NCBI RefSeq assembly: GCF_030684315.1
Contig: NC_081385.1
Coordinates: forward strand, 24,457,247 to 24,521,246
Length of the DNA: 64,000 nucleotides
Direction of reading: 5' to 3'
Origin: Stegostoma tigrinum
Taxonomy: Eukaryota
Positions 23,608-36,395 of this stretch are shown here, piece after piece; the first letter of the stretch is position 1, and every line of letters starts with the position of its first letter. The notes beneath the pieces are model-generated. The model searched no databases and was not told the DNA's origin. It saw only the letters and a list, made by a program, of their open reading frames with translations. The position numbers and the translations under genes are program-made.

Positions 23608-24109
23608 GTAAGTCCCTGTATGAATTCTTGATTCAGAACAAACTGAGATATAAGTAATTAATTATAAACAGAAATCATTAATTCATTTTTGCCAAAGCCT
23701 ATTCATTTGCCAGACCAAGAAAATGTGATCCTGAGAATATGGTCCTATAGATAAAATAGGCCAGTGGTTAATTAGGCCATAAGCAATACAAGAAAGGCAG
23801 TAGGTAAATGCATAGATTCTTCAATGTTCAATCTTCAATTCTTCAAAATATCTATGGATTTGCCTTCCATTCTGAAAGGGCACTGGAAATCTCATCTTTA
23901 TTCACTTGCATCATCTAACTCTAACCAGTCTGAGGAATATCAATATATGTGTGACCATGGTCCCATCAAAGAGTCTGTATGCTGTTGAAAAGCTAACCAC
24001 AAAGAGCAACACTACTTAAGGTCCTAATTTTCAAATCTATCTATGGAAGCTGGAGGCCCAGGCAGCTGGTAAAACCGGACACATACCATTCGATTTCATG
24101 GGAGAATAG

Positions 24110-24495
24110 GGTAGTGAAGGAGAGAAGCTGGGAGAGAATGGGGCAAAGGAGGGTTAGAAGGGGGAGAAGAAGAGGAAGGGTATTGAGGAGAATGAAAGTT
24201 TGAGAGAGAAGAGAAGTGGAGGAGGCGCAGAGAGGAGGGGAGAGGAGGAGGAGAGGAGAAGGCAGAGGAAACAGGGAGAGAAGGAGGAGGGAGAGGAGTC
24301 CAAGCAGCAAAGGAGGTTGGAGATTATGGAGGGGGGAGGATAGGGGAGGGAACAGGAACGGGGTGGAGAAGGTCGAGGGAGGATATTAGAGAGGATGAGA
24401 TGAAGGGATATGGAGGGAAGGGTAGGGGAAGGAGAAGGGAAAAGGAGGGCTGAGGGTTGGGATGTAGAGGGGATGAAGGGTGAAGAAGGGGTGAC
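24110..24495. repeat. Polypurine (G/A-rich) low-complexity tract
   Basis: About 390 bp dominated by gga/gag/ggg words; explains the Pro/Leu/Ser-rich spurious minus-strand ORFs. Confidence 0.9.
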
Positions 24496-25637
24496 CCTCT
24501 TTGAGGGTTTCTTGTGCCCATCTGAGGCACATCTCAAAAACCCTTAAACCTTATACACCCTTTTCACCTGCAAACTTGATGAAACCTCACACTTACTGGA
24601 CATACTGGTCCCACTGTCATCCACTCCCTCTCGGAACTGCCTGCAATTCCTGCAGTGGCCACTGCTGAGCCTGACGCTGCAGGTTGGCTCAGCTGCTGCC
24701 ATTGTCCAATCAGCTGACATCTCTAGAAGTGGAACGTCCTCCCGAATTGGAGCAGCATTCTAATCCTGAAGTGAATCCATGTTACTCCCTGTTTTAAACA
24801 GCACAGGGCAGCAAGCATTTTTGTTGGCGGGCTAGCTCACAACTTTCTCGTCAGGGCACGGGTGTGAGACCTGCTAAACTCATCATTTCTGCTGCATTGT
24901 TAGAATCAGGCCCATCCAAGCCAAGCTACGACCAAGCCATAGAGCTGGCTTTTAATGTTCCTGACCAGCTTGGAATGGATTGGTCTTCTAAAGCAACCGA
25001 TTTTCATCCCAAGTCCCCATGCCCTTACCAGATGCCTTTCTCTCTTCTGTGCGTGCCTTCCAAGTGCCCCATAAGATCCATCCCTTTACATTTTATGGTG
25101 TCAATGCTCTGTAAGCCGCTTGCGTCAATCCCTGACATATCAGTATAATTATCCCAGCCAATCGCAGCGCATCTTCTTTCATCATTCTCGAGTGTCCTCA
25201 AAAACAGAACTTAAATACAGGTTAACATACAAATGTTAAAATACTGGTAAAATAAGGGCAACAGCCTATCTCAAAGCCCAGACTATGCACTGGAAACATT
25301 TTAAAACCATTTTTTGCTCAAAGTAAACAGATGTGTTTGAAACTTTTCCGTCGATTTGAGGTTAAAATAGTATCATATTGCTGCTGAGGTTTTTGAGGCT
25401 GCCTGAAGCGTTGTAATAAAAATTGAACTGAGGTATCATATAAACAACTGAGAGAACAAATTTATTTATCATTGTGAGCCATAGAATTTAAAACAAAAAT
25501 ATTTATTTGTTTGAAACATCGCCTTATATATTGTCCATTTTATTCCAGTAAACCTGGAACATAATTTAGCTCATATTGATCACCAGTCGTTTATGCTGTT
25601 TATATGAAACTCAAACTGCTTTTTTTTTCCTTCATAG

Positions 25638-25721
25638 GTAGTTTTCCATTTCGATCGGTAACATTTCTAGTCTTTCTCTTCTCTGTCATTTCATTACTGA
25701 TCTGAGGCAGTGAATGGAAAG
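25638..25721 (+). CDS. IgSF gene A, transmembrane exon (S)SFPFRSVTFLVFLFSVISLLI*GSEWK
   Basis: Strong polypyrimidine acceptor ttttttttccttcatag|, donor G|gtaaat, 84 nt, phase 1-1, hydrophobic stretch with Arg near its N-end, in-frame TGA at 25703-25705. Confidence 0.7.
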
Positions 25722-26499
25722 GTAAATTTACCAAAAGTTGATGTCCAGCACAAATGTGAGCTGATAATTGTAAAAGATACAGACTCACTCATGACACAAA
25801 ATAAACTGTGGGTGCTGAAAACCCAGATCAATAACAGAAACTGCTGGAGAAACTCAGCAGGTCTGGCAGCATCTGTGGAGAGAAATCAGAGTTAACCTTT
25901 CGGGTCCAGTGACCCCGAGTTCTGAAGAAGGGCCTCTAGACACAAAGCAGTAATTCTGTTTTCTCCCCACAGACGCTGCTAGACCTGCTGAGTTTTTCCA
26001 AAAGTTTGTGTTTTGGTGTGGACCCATTCACCAGTTGATACAATGCAATTTGTTTTTACTGGGAGGCTTCTACTACGTCAAAGGTGCTCAGTGGCTGAGA
26101 GGCTGAATATCTGGCACACTGAGGGTCACCTCCTGAGGCTTTGCTGTAGGCACCCTCTGCTTTTCTGTCCCCACGACCCTCACTCTGTGGATCTTGTTCC
26201 CAGTTGTTTACATATGGCCTGAGTCACACTGTGATCCTGCAACTCTGGGGATTAGTTTTTTTTGTCTTGGAACAGCCGTGGCCTCCTGTGCCATGAACAA
26301 AAGAATTGCAAGCCTCTGCATTCAGTTGGGAAGATTTCTACCCTTGGTCTTGAATCCAAGGGATGGCCTGCAGGCGGCCTACCTGCACTGCTTGATTGGC
26401 ATATGGTTCAGTGGGTCTTCTCAAAAACAGAGGCCCATACAGGTCTCTTGCTGGCTCTCTGCCTGACAGGCAGGAGCTATAATGCCTCACCAAGATTCC

Positions 26500-27195
26500 A
26501 TCTGCTGCATAAATACAAGCAAAGGAGCACCACGAACAGGAAACCAGGGCAGCTAATGGAATGTTGGCTCTCATTTCAAGAGAATTGGAGGACAAGAATA
26601 GAGAAGTCTTGCTGCAACTGTACAAGATGGTAGGACCACATCTAGAGTTCTTTGAGCAGTACTACACTGCTTATTTAAGATCCGCTTATTTAAAGAAATA
26701 TATTATTCCACTGGAGACAGTTCAACAAAGGTTCATGAGGATGATGCCTGGTTTTGAGGGATTGTTTTTGAGCAAAGGTTGAACAGGTTGGGACTCTATT
26801 CATTCGGGTTTAGAAAAATGAGAGGTGATCTGATTGAAACATACAGGATTCTTAACTGCCTTAATAGGGCAAATGATGAGAGGATGTTTCCCTCAGTGGA
26901 AGAGGCTAAGACCAAAGGGCAAAAAGAGGTGTCAATTTAAGACTGAAATGGGGAGGATTTTATTTTCTCAGAGGTTTGTGAGTCTTTAGAACTCCTTGCC
27001 CTGGAGAGCTGTGGAGGCAGCATCCATGTGTATATTTAAGGCTGGAATCGATTCTTGAATAGTCAAAGATTCAAAAGTTATGGAGAAAGGATTGGAATAT
27101 GGACATGAGGAATTGCAGATCAGCTATGATCCCATTGAAGGGCAGAGTGGGCCTGAGGGGGCCGAATGACTATTCCTGTCCCTATTTCATATAGT
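26500..27195 (+). mobile_element. CR1 LINE 3' fragment
   Basis: ISRELEDKNREVLLQLYKMVGPHLE...LETVQQRFMRMMPG and RGDLIETY-type sequence. Confidence 0.85.
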
Positions 27196-27391
27196 CTAAT
27201 GGAAGCAAGCAAATGCATCATGAAATAGATAAGAAGAAATGGAAGAAAGAAAGGCTTCAATGCGATAATATTCAAATAAAACTTGAAGAAATAATCTTCC
27301 AACAACAAAGCAGACGTAGAGATTTGCAAGATGAAAATATGTTCTAATTGCAGAATATTCCTAACAGTGTTAAATTCTTCTCATTTTACAG

Positions 27392-27416
27392 ATTGATACT
27401 GTCCTCGCAATTCTAG
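27392..27416 (+). other. Candidate small downstream exon of gene A (would add D-stop, then UTR)
   Basis: ttctcattttacag| acceptor and AG|gtaagt donor, both strong; a phase-1 join gives GAT TGA. Confidence 0.4.
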
Positions 27417-29074
27417 GTAAGTCACAACTTTAGTTCTTTAGTATAAGCTTCTTGAGTATAACTTTTGAATCAGCAACTGTTCAAGATAATTTGCAGCAGG
27501 CAACATGCACATTTAAAAACACAGGAAACAAACCTTAATCATTGCAGAGTACAGGAAGTTCTAAACCTCAGACATTGACTTTTTTGTACAATAGCCGTTA
27601 TCAGAGTTCAAGTGAACTGAAGTTTCCAAGAGTAAATGATTGGGCACCACCCAAGAGGATATTGCAACAATCAGGCTGGCAGGAGGAAACACCAGCTCTC
27701 CTATCTCAGCCACGATCAACATTGCCCAGCATACACCGCTTCCAATTCAACCTCAGGATCAACGTCTCCAATTTCCCCCAGAACATCTGATCACACCCCT
27801 ATCATGAGCCTGCCAGGATCACCATCCCATACCAGGCCGGAATCAGCCCCAGCTCAGAATTAACACCAGCCCTTTCCAGGATAAAGGCCTGATTTCCCAT
27901 AAGAGTTATCAAATGTACCTCCCTCATGATCCTTTTACAAGTGAAAGCCAGGTCAGTAAGATGGGAGAAACCATTTGGCATTTGCATACACACACTCTGT
28001 GATGTTAAAGCTTCAGCGCACATGGGGGAGCCCTGACATCTGGGTTTTCCGTGTTTTACTTAAAGCCTGGTGGAGATGGGGTCTGTTGAAGTTTTCAAAA
28101 GGCAATTTGCTGATTACCTGAAAAAGAAACATTTACCAGCTTTGGGGATTGTCATGGGAATACAGTGAGATAAAAAGGGACAACAGCAACACTCTAGGCC
28201 CAATGGTTAACTTTTGTGCTGTGAGCACTTTACACTCGGATCACCTCATTCCAGATTGATCAGCGACATTAAAATCCAGCCCTACGGCTTGATCCACACC
28301 TGACCTGGATGCCTGATTCTAACAACACAAAGGAATTGTCAAGTTTGAGACTTGTATCGGAGACGTGCATCATCAGTGTCCCTATGCAAGTTAACTACAA
28401 ATCTTCAGATAATATGCAGGGCAGGGAGGTGGAGAGGACTGATTCCTGATTGACTCTGGAAGAGATAACGTGGGTTAGGAGAGAAGCTTTTGCAAGAGGC
28501 ACTCTGTTTTCGGTTGGATGGGTGAGATTGGAATCTAGCAAGCAAGATTCTTCTGAGATGATAACATGCGAGACGCCTGGAGATAAGAATAATGTGATTT
28601 ATCATAACAGGCTCCAGAGAAAGCAAAAGGAATGAAATGCAATACAGTCATAGTCATAAAGGATCTCATTTGAGACTTTGATTGGGGCTGTTTCAATACT
28701 ATAGGAATTGGGGATGAGGGTGGGGTGTGAGTGGTAGTGTCAATGTTATTGAAGCAGATTCAATCAGGAAGCTATAGGAAAGATAGTCTGGGAAATAAGG
28801 GCACACTGAACAAGAAGATAGCAGGAGAAATTGAGGCCAGTGATTTGTAGTTTCTCAGAGACACCAGTCTATTTTCTTTTGAGCACAGCTAAAAGCAATG
28901 TAAAAGCTAAAAGGAAAGCGCTTGACAAGGGGGAACTATATATAATGTCAGTAAGGTTGAAACCAAAAAAAAGGGACAGTTGGCAATTTAGTGGAATTAG
29001 TGTCGAGGGAGAACATGTGGGCTTCATAGATGAGCTCAAAGAAGGTGAGAAATGAAAGAAAAACTGTATTTTTT

Positions 29075-29420
29075 CTTTTATTTTTATTCATGGGATGAGG
29101 GCTTGCTGACCTGGTAACATTTATTGCCCATCCACAGTTGCCTAGAGGGCAGTTCAGAGTCAACCCCATTGCTATAGGTCTCGAGTCACATGTAGGCCAG
29201 ACCAGGTAATAATGGCAGTTTCCCTCTTGAAAGGACATTAGTGAACAAGATGGGTTTTTCCCTGACAATGGGTTCATGGTCATCATTAGATTCTTAATTC
29301 CAAATGTGTTTTTTAATAATTCAAATTCCACCAATTGCTGTGGTGGGATTCGAACCCAGGTCCCCAGGACGTTATCTGGGTCTCTTGATTAACAGTCTAG
29401 AGATAATACCACCAGGCCAT
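29075..29420 (-). mobile_element. SINE-like repeat (same family at about 2530-2860 on +)
   Basis: gggattcgaacccaggtc B-box-like motif and shared core ttcagggaaggaaatctgcc...acctggtc...actccagaccc. Confidence 0.7.
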
Positions 29421-30049
29421 ACCTTTCCAGTGTAGATAAAGGTGAAGGCTGGGAGCAGGCTGGGATAGCTTAACTGGCAAAAAAAAGTGGGGGAAGTCAT
29501 TGGAGCAGCAGAATGAATGGTCTCAATCTTAATGACAAAATCCATGACTTCCTTATATATGGTTGAAGTTTTGGTGGCTGTTCACAGAATACTTAAGGTT
29601 AGAAAATGGCTAACGGTGGAGAACAGAAGTGTGAATTAATTTAATGACAGTAGAGAGAAATGGATTTACCCAAACATGAACACAGGACAGCAGAACTTAC
29701 AAATCTCAGCCAACATAAGTAAAATTGAATTTCTGGCTCATTACTGGAGCTTCACAATTAAAAAAAAACAACCAAAAGTGAAAGGAAAGGAAATTGGTCA
29801 TCGTTTCATGAGTCATAAGGTGAACTCAGGACATTACCTCCTCTCAAATAACATTCATTTTGTTTCCCTCAGAGTCCAGGCCAGGCAGCTTTCTTCTTAG
29901 TACAGAAGTAGTCAGATGGGCATTGTGGTTTTAGAAGCAGAAAGACATCCTCTACCAGATTATTGTGAGAATTTAAGTATTTAGATTACAGGGCAATAAC
30001 ATGCCTAGATTACCCACAGGCCCTTTTATACAGAGAACATTGGCTTTCA

Positions 30050-30380
30050 TAGATCATAGAGTCCCTACAGGTGGAAGCAGGCCATTTGGCCCATCAAATC
30101 ACTGACCCTCCAGGAGCATTCCACCCAGGCTCACCCTATCCCTATAACCCTACATTCCCCATGGTTAACTCACCCTTCTTGTACTTCCCTGTACACCATG
30201 GGTAATTTAGCATGGCCAATCCACCTAACCTGCACATCTTTGGACTGTAGGAGGAAACCAGAGGAAACCCACGTACACACAGTGAGAATGCAAACTCCAC
30301 ACAGACAGCTACCCCCAAGATTGGAGTTGAACCCAGGTTCCTGGCATTGTAACAAAGTGGTAACTGCTGAACCACCATGC
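30050..30380 (-). mobile_element. V-SINE (HE1-like)
   Basis: ccaatccacctaacctgcacatctttggactgt...tgcaaactccacacagacag core. Confidence 0.85.
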
Positions 30381-32254
30381 CAGCTTTGTTTAAGTAAGGG
30401 ACATCTCAAGAAGATTGTGCATTATCATTTGATGGGAAAGACTTCCCTCACAGTGGGCAGTCCCACCACTTTGTGATGGCCTCTGAAATAACTGATTACT
30501 CCTGCAGTCAACAATAATTGGGTTGAGATGAATTAATGACAGAGTAGGTTGTGCAAAGCAAAAGAACTACAGATGCTGAAAATCAGAAACATCTGGAAAA
30601 GCAGGTCTACTCGGAACGAGTTCTAAGGAGGGGTCACTGGACCTGAAATGTTAACTCTGATGTTTCTCCATTGGTGCTACCAGTCCTGCTGAGCTTTTCC
30701 AGCAAGCTTCTGTTTTTGTTAGATTGTATTGTGTGGAAGCAGCTGGTTTGAAAGATTAAATTACCTTACACATTCTATGGTTTATTTACAGGGGGCAACC
30801 TTTAGGAGCTTGTCTTAGAGTGTTTCCATTTCTATTTCTCTCACTAGGAACGCAAAACCAAGTGAAAACCGAGGCAAACCATGTGAAGTTGACCATATGG
30901 GAAATGTTGATGTCCATGAGGAAATAACTTCAACATTATGAACATGTAGGATTCTCATTTCCAATCTGTCAATTTTTTCCTTTCAAAGTACCATCAAGTC
31001 CCAACAACTCACTCAGGCAGAACACCTTTAAGACAATCATGTCCTATCCTTTCTAAAAAAAATTATGCCAGGAACACAAATTTTCTAGGCAAATCTAACA
31101 TGTTCCTGAAGGTCACTCAGCTGCCCCAGCCTTTTGACAAAGCAAATGCTTTTCCTTACCATGCCATCAGTTGAAGGTGCCATTCCCAGTGATAAGCATA
31201 GGCTCATTCTTGTGGTAGTATCCCTACCACAAAGACAGGGGGCCTGGGTTCAAATCCCAAGTATCCCAGATAAGAGTAATGCCATCTCTAACAGGTTTCT
31301 TAGAGAATATCTAGTCTTATCTGGTCGATTTTACTTGTTTCATTTTTCATGTCAATTTATTAATCATGTTTCAGAGAGGCAATAGAGGTAAGGGACCTAA
31401 AACAGTATGACATTCACGCAGAGAACCATTATAAGGCCGAACATTAGTTTCTAATAATTGGCATTTCAAGTCTCTAAGAATGTAAAACAACAAGTTGTCA
31501 GCTTTGTCCGAGAACATTAGCAGCTGTGTTTTTATTTCACTTTCTTTTTACTTGAATCGTGGTCAACAATTGTTCATGACTATACTGAATGTCTCAGTTT
31601 TGTAAAAATGTACAGAGCGAACACGGTGCAATTAATTCTATTCCTGCCATGAGGATAAATCTCTGCATTTCATTTGATCTAAAGTTTATGAATGTTTAAG
31701 AATCAGATATTTAATCAGTCTGAAGGAATCAATCTTGGTTAATTTAATTCAAATGTAGGTAATTGAAGTAATTCATTGTCATTACTACATTGATTACATA
31801 AGAAATAAAGCCAACATGGGATCACCTAGGGAAAATGGAAACTATAACACTATCAAAGTTGTATTTGTTGTAATACGTTTGATGAAGAGGAAATGTGGGG
31901 GCATGGTGATATATCATGTAATGAAAAGCAATACTGATTACACACAACAAAAAACAAAATTCAGATACTGGCTGTCTCGAAACCACAACAGAAATTGCTA
32001 GAGAAACTCAGCTGATCTGGCAGCAGCAGTGGAGAGAAAGCAGTGTCAACATTTCGGGTAGAGTGGCCTTACTTCAAAGCTGTTCTGAAGAAATGTTACT
32101 GAAACAGTGTTGTTTTCACTGCACAGATGCTGCTAGGTCTGCTGAGTTTCTCCAGCAATTTCTGTTATTGTTATTGATTACACCCAATGTTGACAACTCC
32201 AGATATAATTAAATATAATAAAACCTTACAACACAATCATACTGTAAAACTTAG

Positions 32255-32572
32255 TCAATGCATAGAATCCCTACAGTGTGGAAACAGGCCCTTCAGCCCA
32301 AGTCCACACTGACCCTTGGAACATCCCACCCAAACATATCCCCCAGAACCCACCTAATCTACACATCCCTGAACACTACGGGCAATTTAGCACAGCCAAT
32401 CCACCTAACCGGCACATTTTTGGACTGTGGAAGGATACTGGAGCACCCGGAGGAAATCCATGCAGACACAGGGAGAGCATGCAAACTCCATGCAGACAGT
32501 CACCCGAGGCTGGAATTGAACCCCTGTCCCTGGCACTGTGAGGTAGCAGTGCTAACCACTGAGCTACCATGC
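32255..32572 (-). mobile_element. V-SINE (HE1-like)
   Basis: Same core and tRNA-like head (gcagtgctaaccactgagc). Confidence 0.85.
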
Positions 32573-34964
32573 TGCAAGGTGAGGCCTTTCTTTTGACTTG
32601 AGCAAAACTGTTGTCTTAATGGACTTAAATTTTAAAAGAATCTTCCACATTTTTCTAACTTCCTCGACATTATGCTTTACGTCAGTCCCTAACCCATCAG
32701 AAACCACAGAATCCCAGGAGGCCACAGTACAGTTCCTGCTGAAGTTACACTTATTCCTAGAATTACAAAGAATTTTTGTTGCCAGTCATGAGGTTAATCA
32801 AAGTACTCAGGAGGAAGGAAGGGTGAAATCTGCTGTTAGTAATACAGATCAAAATAAAATTAAAAATAAGCCTGAGAAGTTGACTGTAAAACTTAATTGT
32901 GAAGATATGAAAGAAAAAAGACTATCATTTTGTTTAACTTCCTTCTGACAAGAAGACACAAATTTAAGAGAAGCTGTCAATCTGCAGGCTGACTTTAGCA
33001 ACAATTTTCATCTAACTGGCTTCAAAACATCAGCATGCAGGCTTCCATAAGACTTTGCTGGTATCACCTAAAGAACACTCTAAACTTAAATCGTTTGCGT
33101 GCACTGAAGTTTTGAAGGATGATGTGTACACATGCTTGCATGAAAGCTGTCCGCCTTCTCGTCCAACCATGGGTTTATCATAGTCAGTCATCAGGAGATC
33201 AATCCACAAACGTAGCAAAATAAGCGACACTGTCTATGTTAGATGCTGTCACTGGTATGCGCAACCGGCCAACTTTATTCATGACATTATTGTTAAACAT
33301 TCAATATTAAGACAATCTCCAGCAGAAATACCACACTGGGCTATCTGAGAGGACTTCAACTTGTAGGGAAGATGTTTTAGTGAGCGTGATGGGGAGAGGA
33401 ATCTTTGAAACTATAAAGTAATATTTTGGTCAATAACAATATACAGCATGCAAAATTGTTTGATTGTTTAACAATTGACAAAGTAAATCCAAAACGTAGA
33501 GCTAGCCAGGTTTGGAATGAATGGTAGCCCTGTGAATGTGATATAGCAGAGACAAAATGATGGCACTTATCCTTGTGTAGTACAGAAGATCTTTGATCTC
33601 TTTCCCGAATGACCATTCTAACCTAGGAAACAAACACTGGCCAGGACTGCTACCTGGATCAGAGCTGGCTATGTCTGATGTTATGGTCTTCTGTGACAGT
33701 CTGTAGGAAAAAAGCATTGTCCCTTTACTCCAGCACAAAACACCTCAGGTTCCTGTCTGCAAGGTGGGTGTGAGCATTCCTTTCTGTGACCTGATGGTCC
33801 AGTGTTATAGTTTTAGGGGCAGTTTCTGGTTTGCTGTATCTAATGTGGTGGTCAGCTGTCAGCTATTTGGTCCATTCACACAAAATATTGATATCAGCTA
33901 TATTTATTTGAGCTCCAAGCGCTGATTCCTGATTCACTCCACTGCTTACAGCTTGTCAGCATACAAAAGACACACTTAGCCCTATTCTATGCTCCCATTT
34001 AGCTAACCAATCTATTATCTATGTGAATGTTACCCAGCACACCATGTGCTCCTATTTTGTACAGTAACCGTTCTATGAAACCTGAGGGGATTTTTTTTTC
34101 AAATCTAAGACCACCACATCAACAGATTTTCTTCTATCTACATTGTTTGCTACTTCCTTAAAAGGCTCTAATAGACGAGAGAAAAATGATTTCCCTTACA
34201 CAAAATCATGTTAACTCTGATCTTATTATTTTCTAAGTATCCTATTAGAGATTCCTTAATAACAGATTATACAATTTCCCTGCTACTTTCTATCTTCTTC
34301 CTTTCGTACATGAGTGTTATATCTATTTTTCAATTCCAATCCAGAATGTAAGAAATTTTTGGGAAACTTAAAACCAAGCACCTACTGTCTTTGCTGTGAT
34401 TTAATAGGTGCAGGCCATTGGTTCTGAGAATGTCAGCCTCCACGCCTAATGGTTACTCAACACCTTTTCCCTGGTGATGGTGATGCTCTCTTCTATCGCA
34501 GGATCTTCAATTATCTTTGGGATGTTTTCTAAGTCTTCTAGACTGATGACAAATACAAGTTAAACATCTCCACCATTTTCTTGTTTTCCATTATTGATTT
34601 CCAAGACTCACTGTCTAAAGGATCATCATTAGCTTTAGTTATTAATTTTTTTTTGTTTAAAAGGCTAGCAGAAACTCGATGTGCTAAGATTAGAGGTCAC
34701 ATTCACGCATATTCCTTCTTTCTCTTTTTTTAAGTCATTGTTTGCTGGCTCTAAAAATCCAGCCAAATTTCTCACCTACCATGTGGAGGATTGTAGTGTT
34801 TCTTTCAATTTTATGCCAATTTTAACTTCCTTATTTAGCCATTGCTAATATATGCTTCTTAAAGAATCTTTCTTTCTCACTGGAATGAAACTTTGCCCTT
34901 GTTCAAACATGGGAAAAAGAGCTGACGTCCAAAGGTGAGGCGAGGTGAGGTAAGGTGAGAGTGA

Positions 34965-36170
34965 CTGCCCTTAACATCAAGGCTGCATTTGATCGAGTGT
35001 GACATCAATAAACTCTTCCAACCCATACCCACTTTCACCTGGAACAGGGCAGCAGGTACATGGGGATACTGACACCATCAAATACCCCTCCAAGATATTC
35101 AGCATCCTGACTCAGAAACGGATCATTGTTCCTTCAATGTCGCTGGATCAAAATCATGTAAATTCCTCCATCTACCTTCAGCACATGGTATTGGCGCTCA
35201 GCAGTTCAAAGAGGCAGCTCACTACCAGCATTTCAAGGGCAACTAGGAATGAGTAATAATGCTGACCCAGCCAGCGATATCCGCATCCCACATATGAATA
35301 AAACAATTGACGTTTGCAACCCAACACCATTTGTGACTCCTCAGATACTAAAGCAGTTTATTTTCAAATGTAGCAAGACCTTAACAATGCTGACAAGTGG
35401 CAAGTAACATTCATACCACACAAATGTCAGGCAGTGAACATCTTCAACAACAAACAATCTAACTATCGTGCATTGATATTCAATGGTATCAACACTGCTG
35501 AATCCCCATCCAACAACATCCTTGGACCATGTCAAAAGTCCACCCAGTCCAACGCCTCCACATCATAACAACCTTGGGGTTATCATTCACCGAAAACTGA
35601 ATTGGACAAGTCATACAACGGCTCAAGGGGCAGGTCAGAGGCTAGGAGCCTTGCAATGAATAACACACATCCTGACTGTTGTAAGCTTGTCCATTATCTG
35701 CAAGGCACAAGTGATGGGACAATCCTCACTTGGCTGCATGTGTGCAGCTTCAACAAAATTCAAAAAGCTGGAGATCACCAACAGAAAATAATCCACTTGA
35801 TTGGCAACACATCCACAAGCATTCACTCTCTGATATCAACATTCAGTAGCAGCTGTGTGTACCATCTACTGCAGAAATTTAGGAAGGTTCCTTAGACTCA
35901 AATTCACAACCTCTTTTTTTTAGGATGGATACAAGGGAATACCACTATCTGCAAGTTCTTCTCCCATCATCCACTCTCCAGCTCTTGAAATACATCACTG
36001 TTCCTCTGTGATGCTGGATCAAAATCCTGGAATTCCCTCCCTAATGGAATAATCTACATCAAATGGAATGCAGTGGTTCAAGAAGGCAGTTCGTTACCAC
36101 CTTCTCAAGGGCAACCAGGGATGGACAATAAATGCTAGACCAGCCTCGATGCTAACATCTCAGGAATAAA
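34965..36170 (+). mobile_element. Decayed non-LTR retrotransposon 3' fragments (family also at about 47845-48060, 50400-50860 and 62745-63100)
   Basis: Shared blocks gcagttcaagaaggcagctcaccaccaccttctcaagggcaa and tcaaaatcctggaattccctccct; RT-like LNIKAAFDRV at about 34970-35000. Confidence 0.7.
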
Positions 36171-36395
36171 CACAAAAAGAAACGAGTTGCTACTCTGCTC
36201 CCCTTTAAGTCATTATGTTTTCTCTGGTTATACAGTTTATTTTTAATAAATCAAAACATAAATAGTACTAGAGAATACAAATTAATCCTCAAATACTAAA
36301 AGATCATAAACAGCATTGCCCTACATCTTCTCCACAGTAGGCTAACTACTACAAAAATATGTCTGTTTAGATAAAACAGTTAACACATACCTTGA

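Noticed and set aside
24041-24537. Leu/Pro/Ser-rich minus-strand ORFs resembling signal peptides
   Set aside because: Artefact of the polypurine tract.
29873-31060. Possible cytoplasmic exons of gene A (acceptors near 29872 and 30847; HYEHV motif)
   Set aside because: Upstream stops precede them and no consistent frame could be built; possibly 3' UTR exons.
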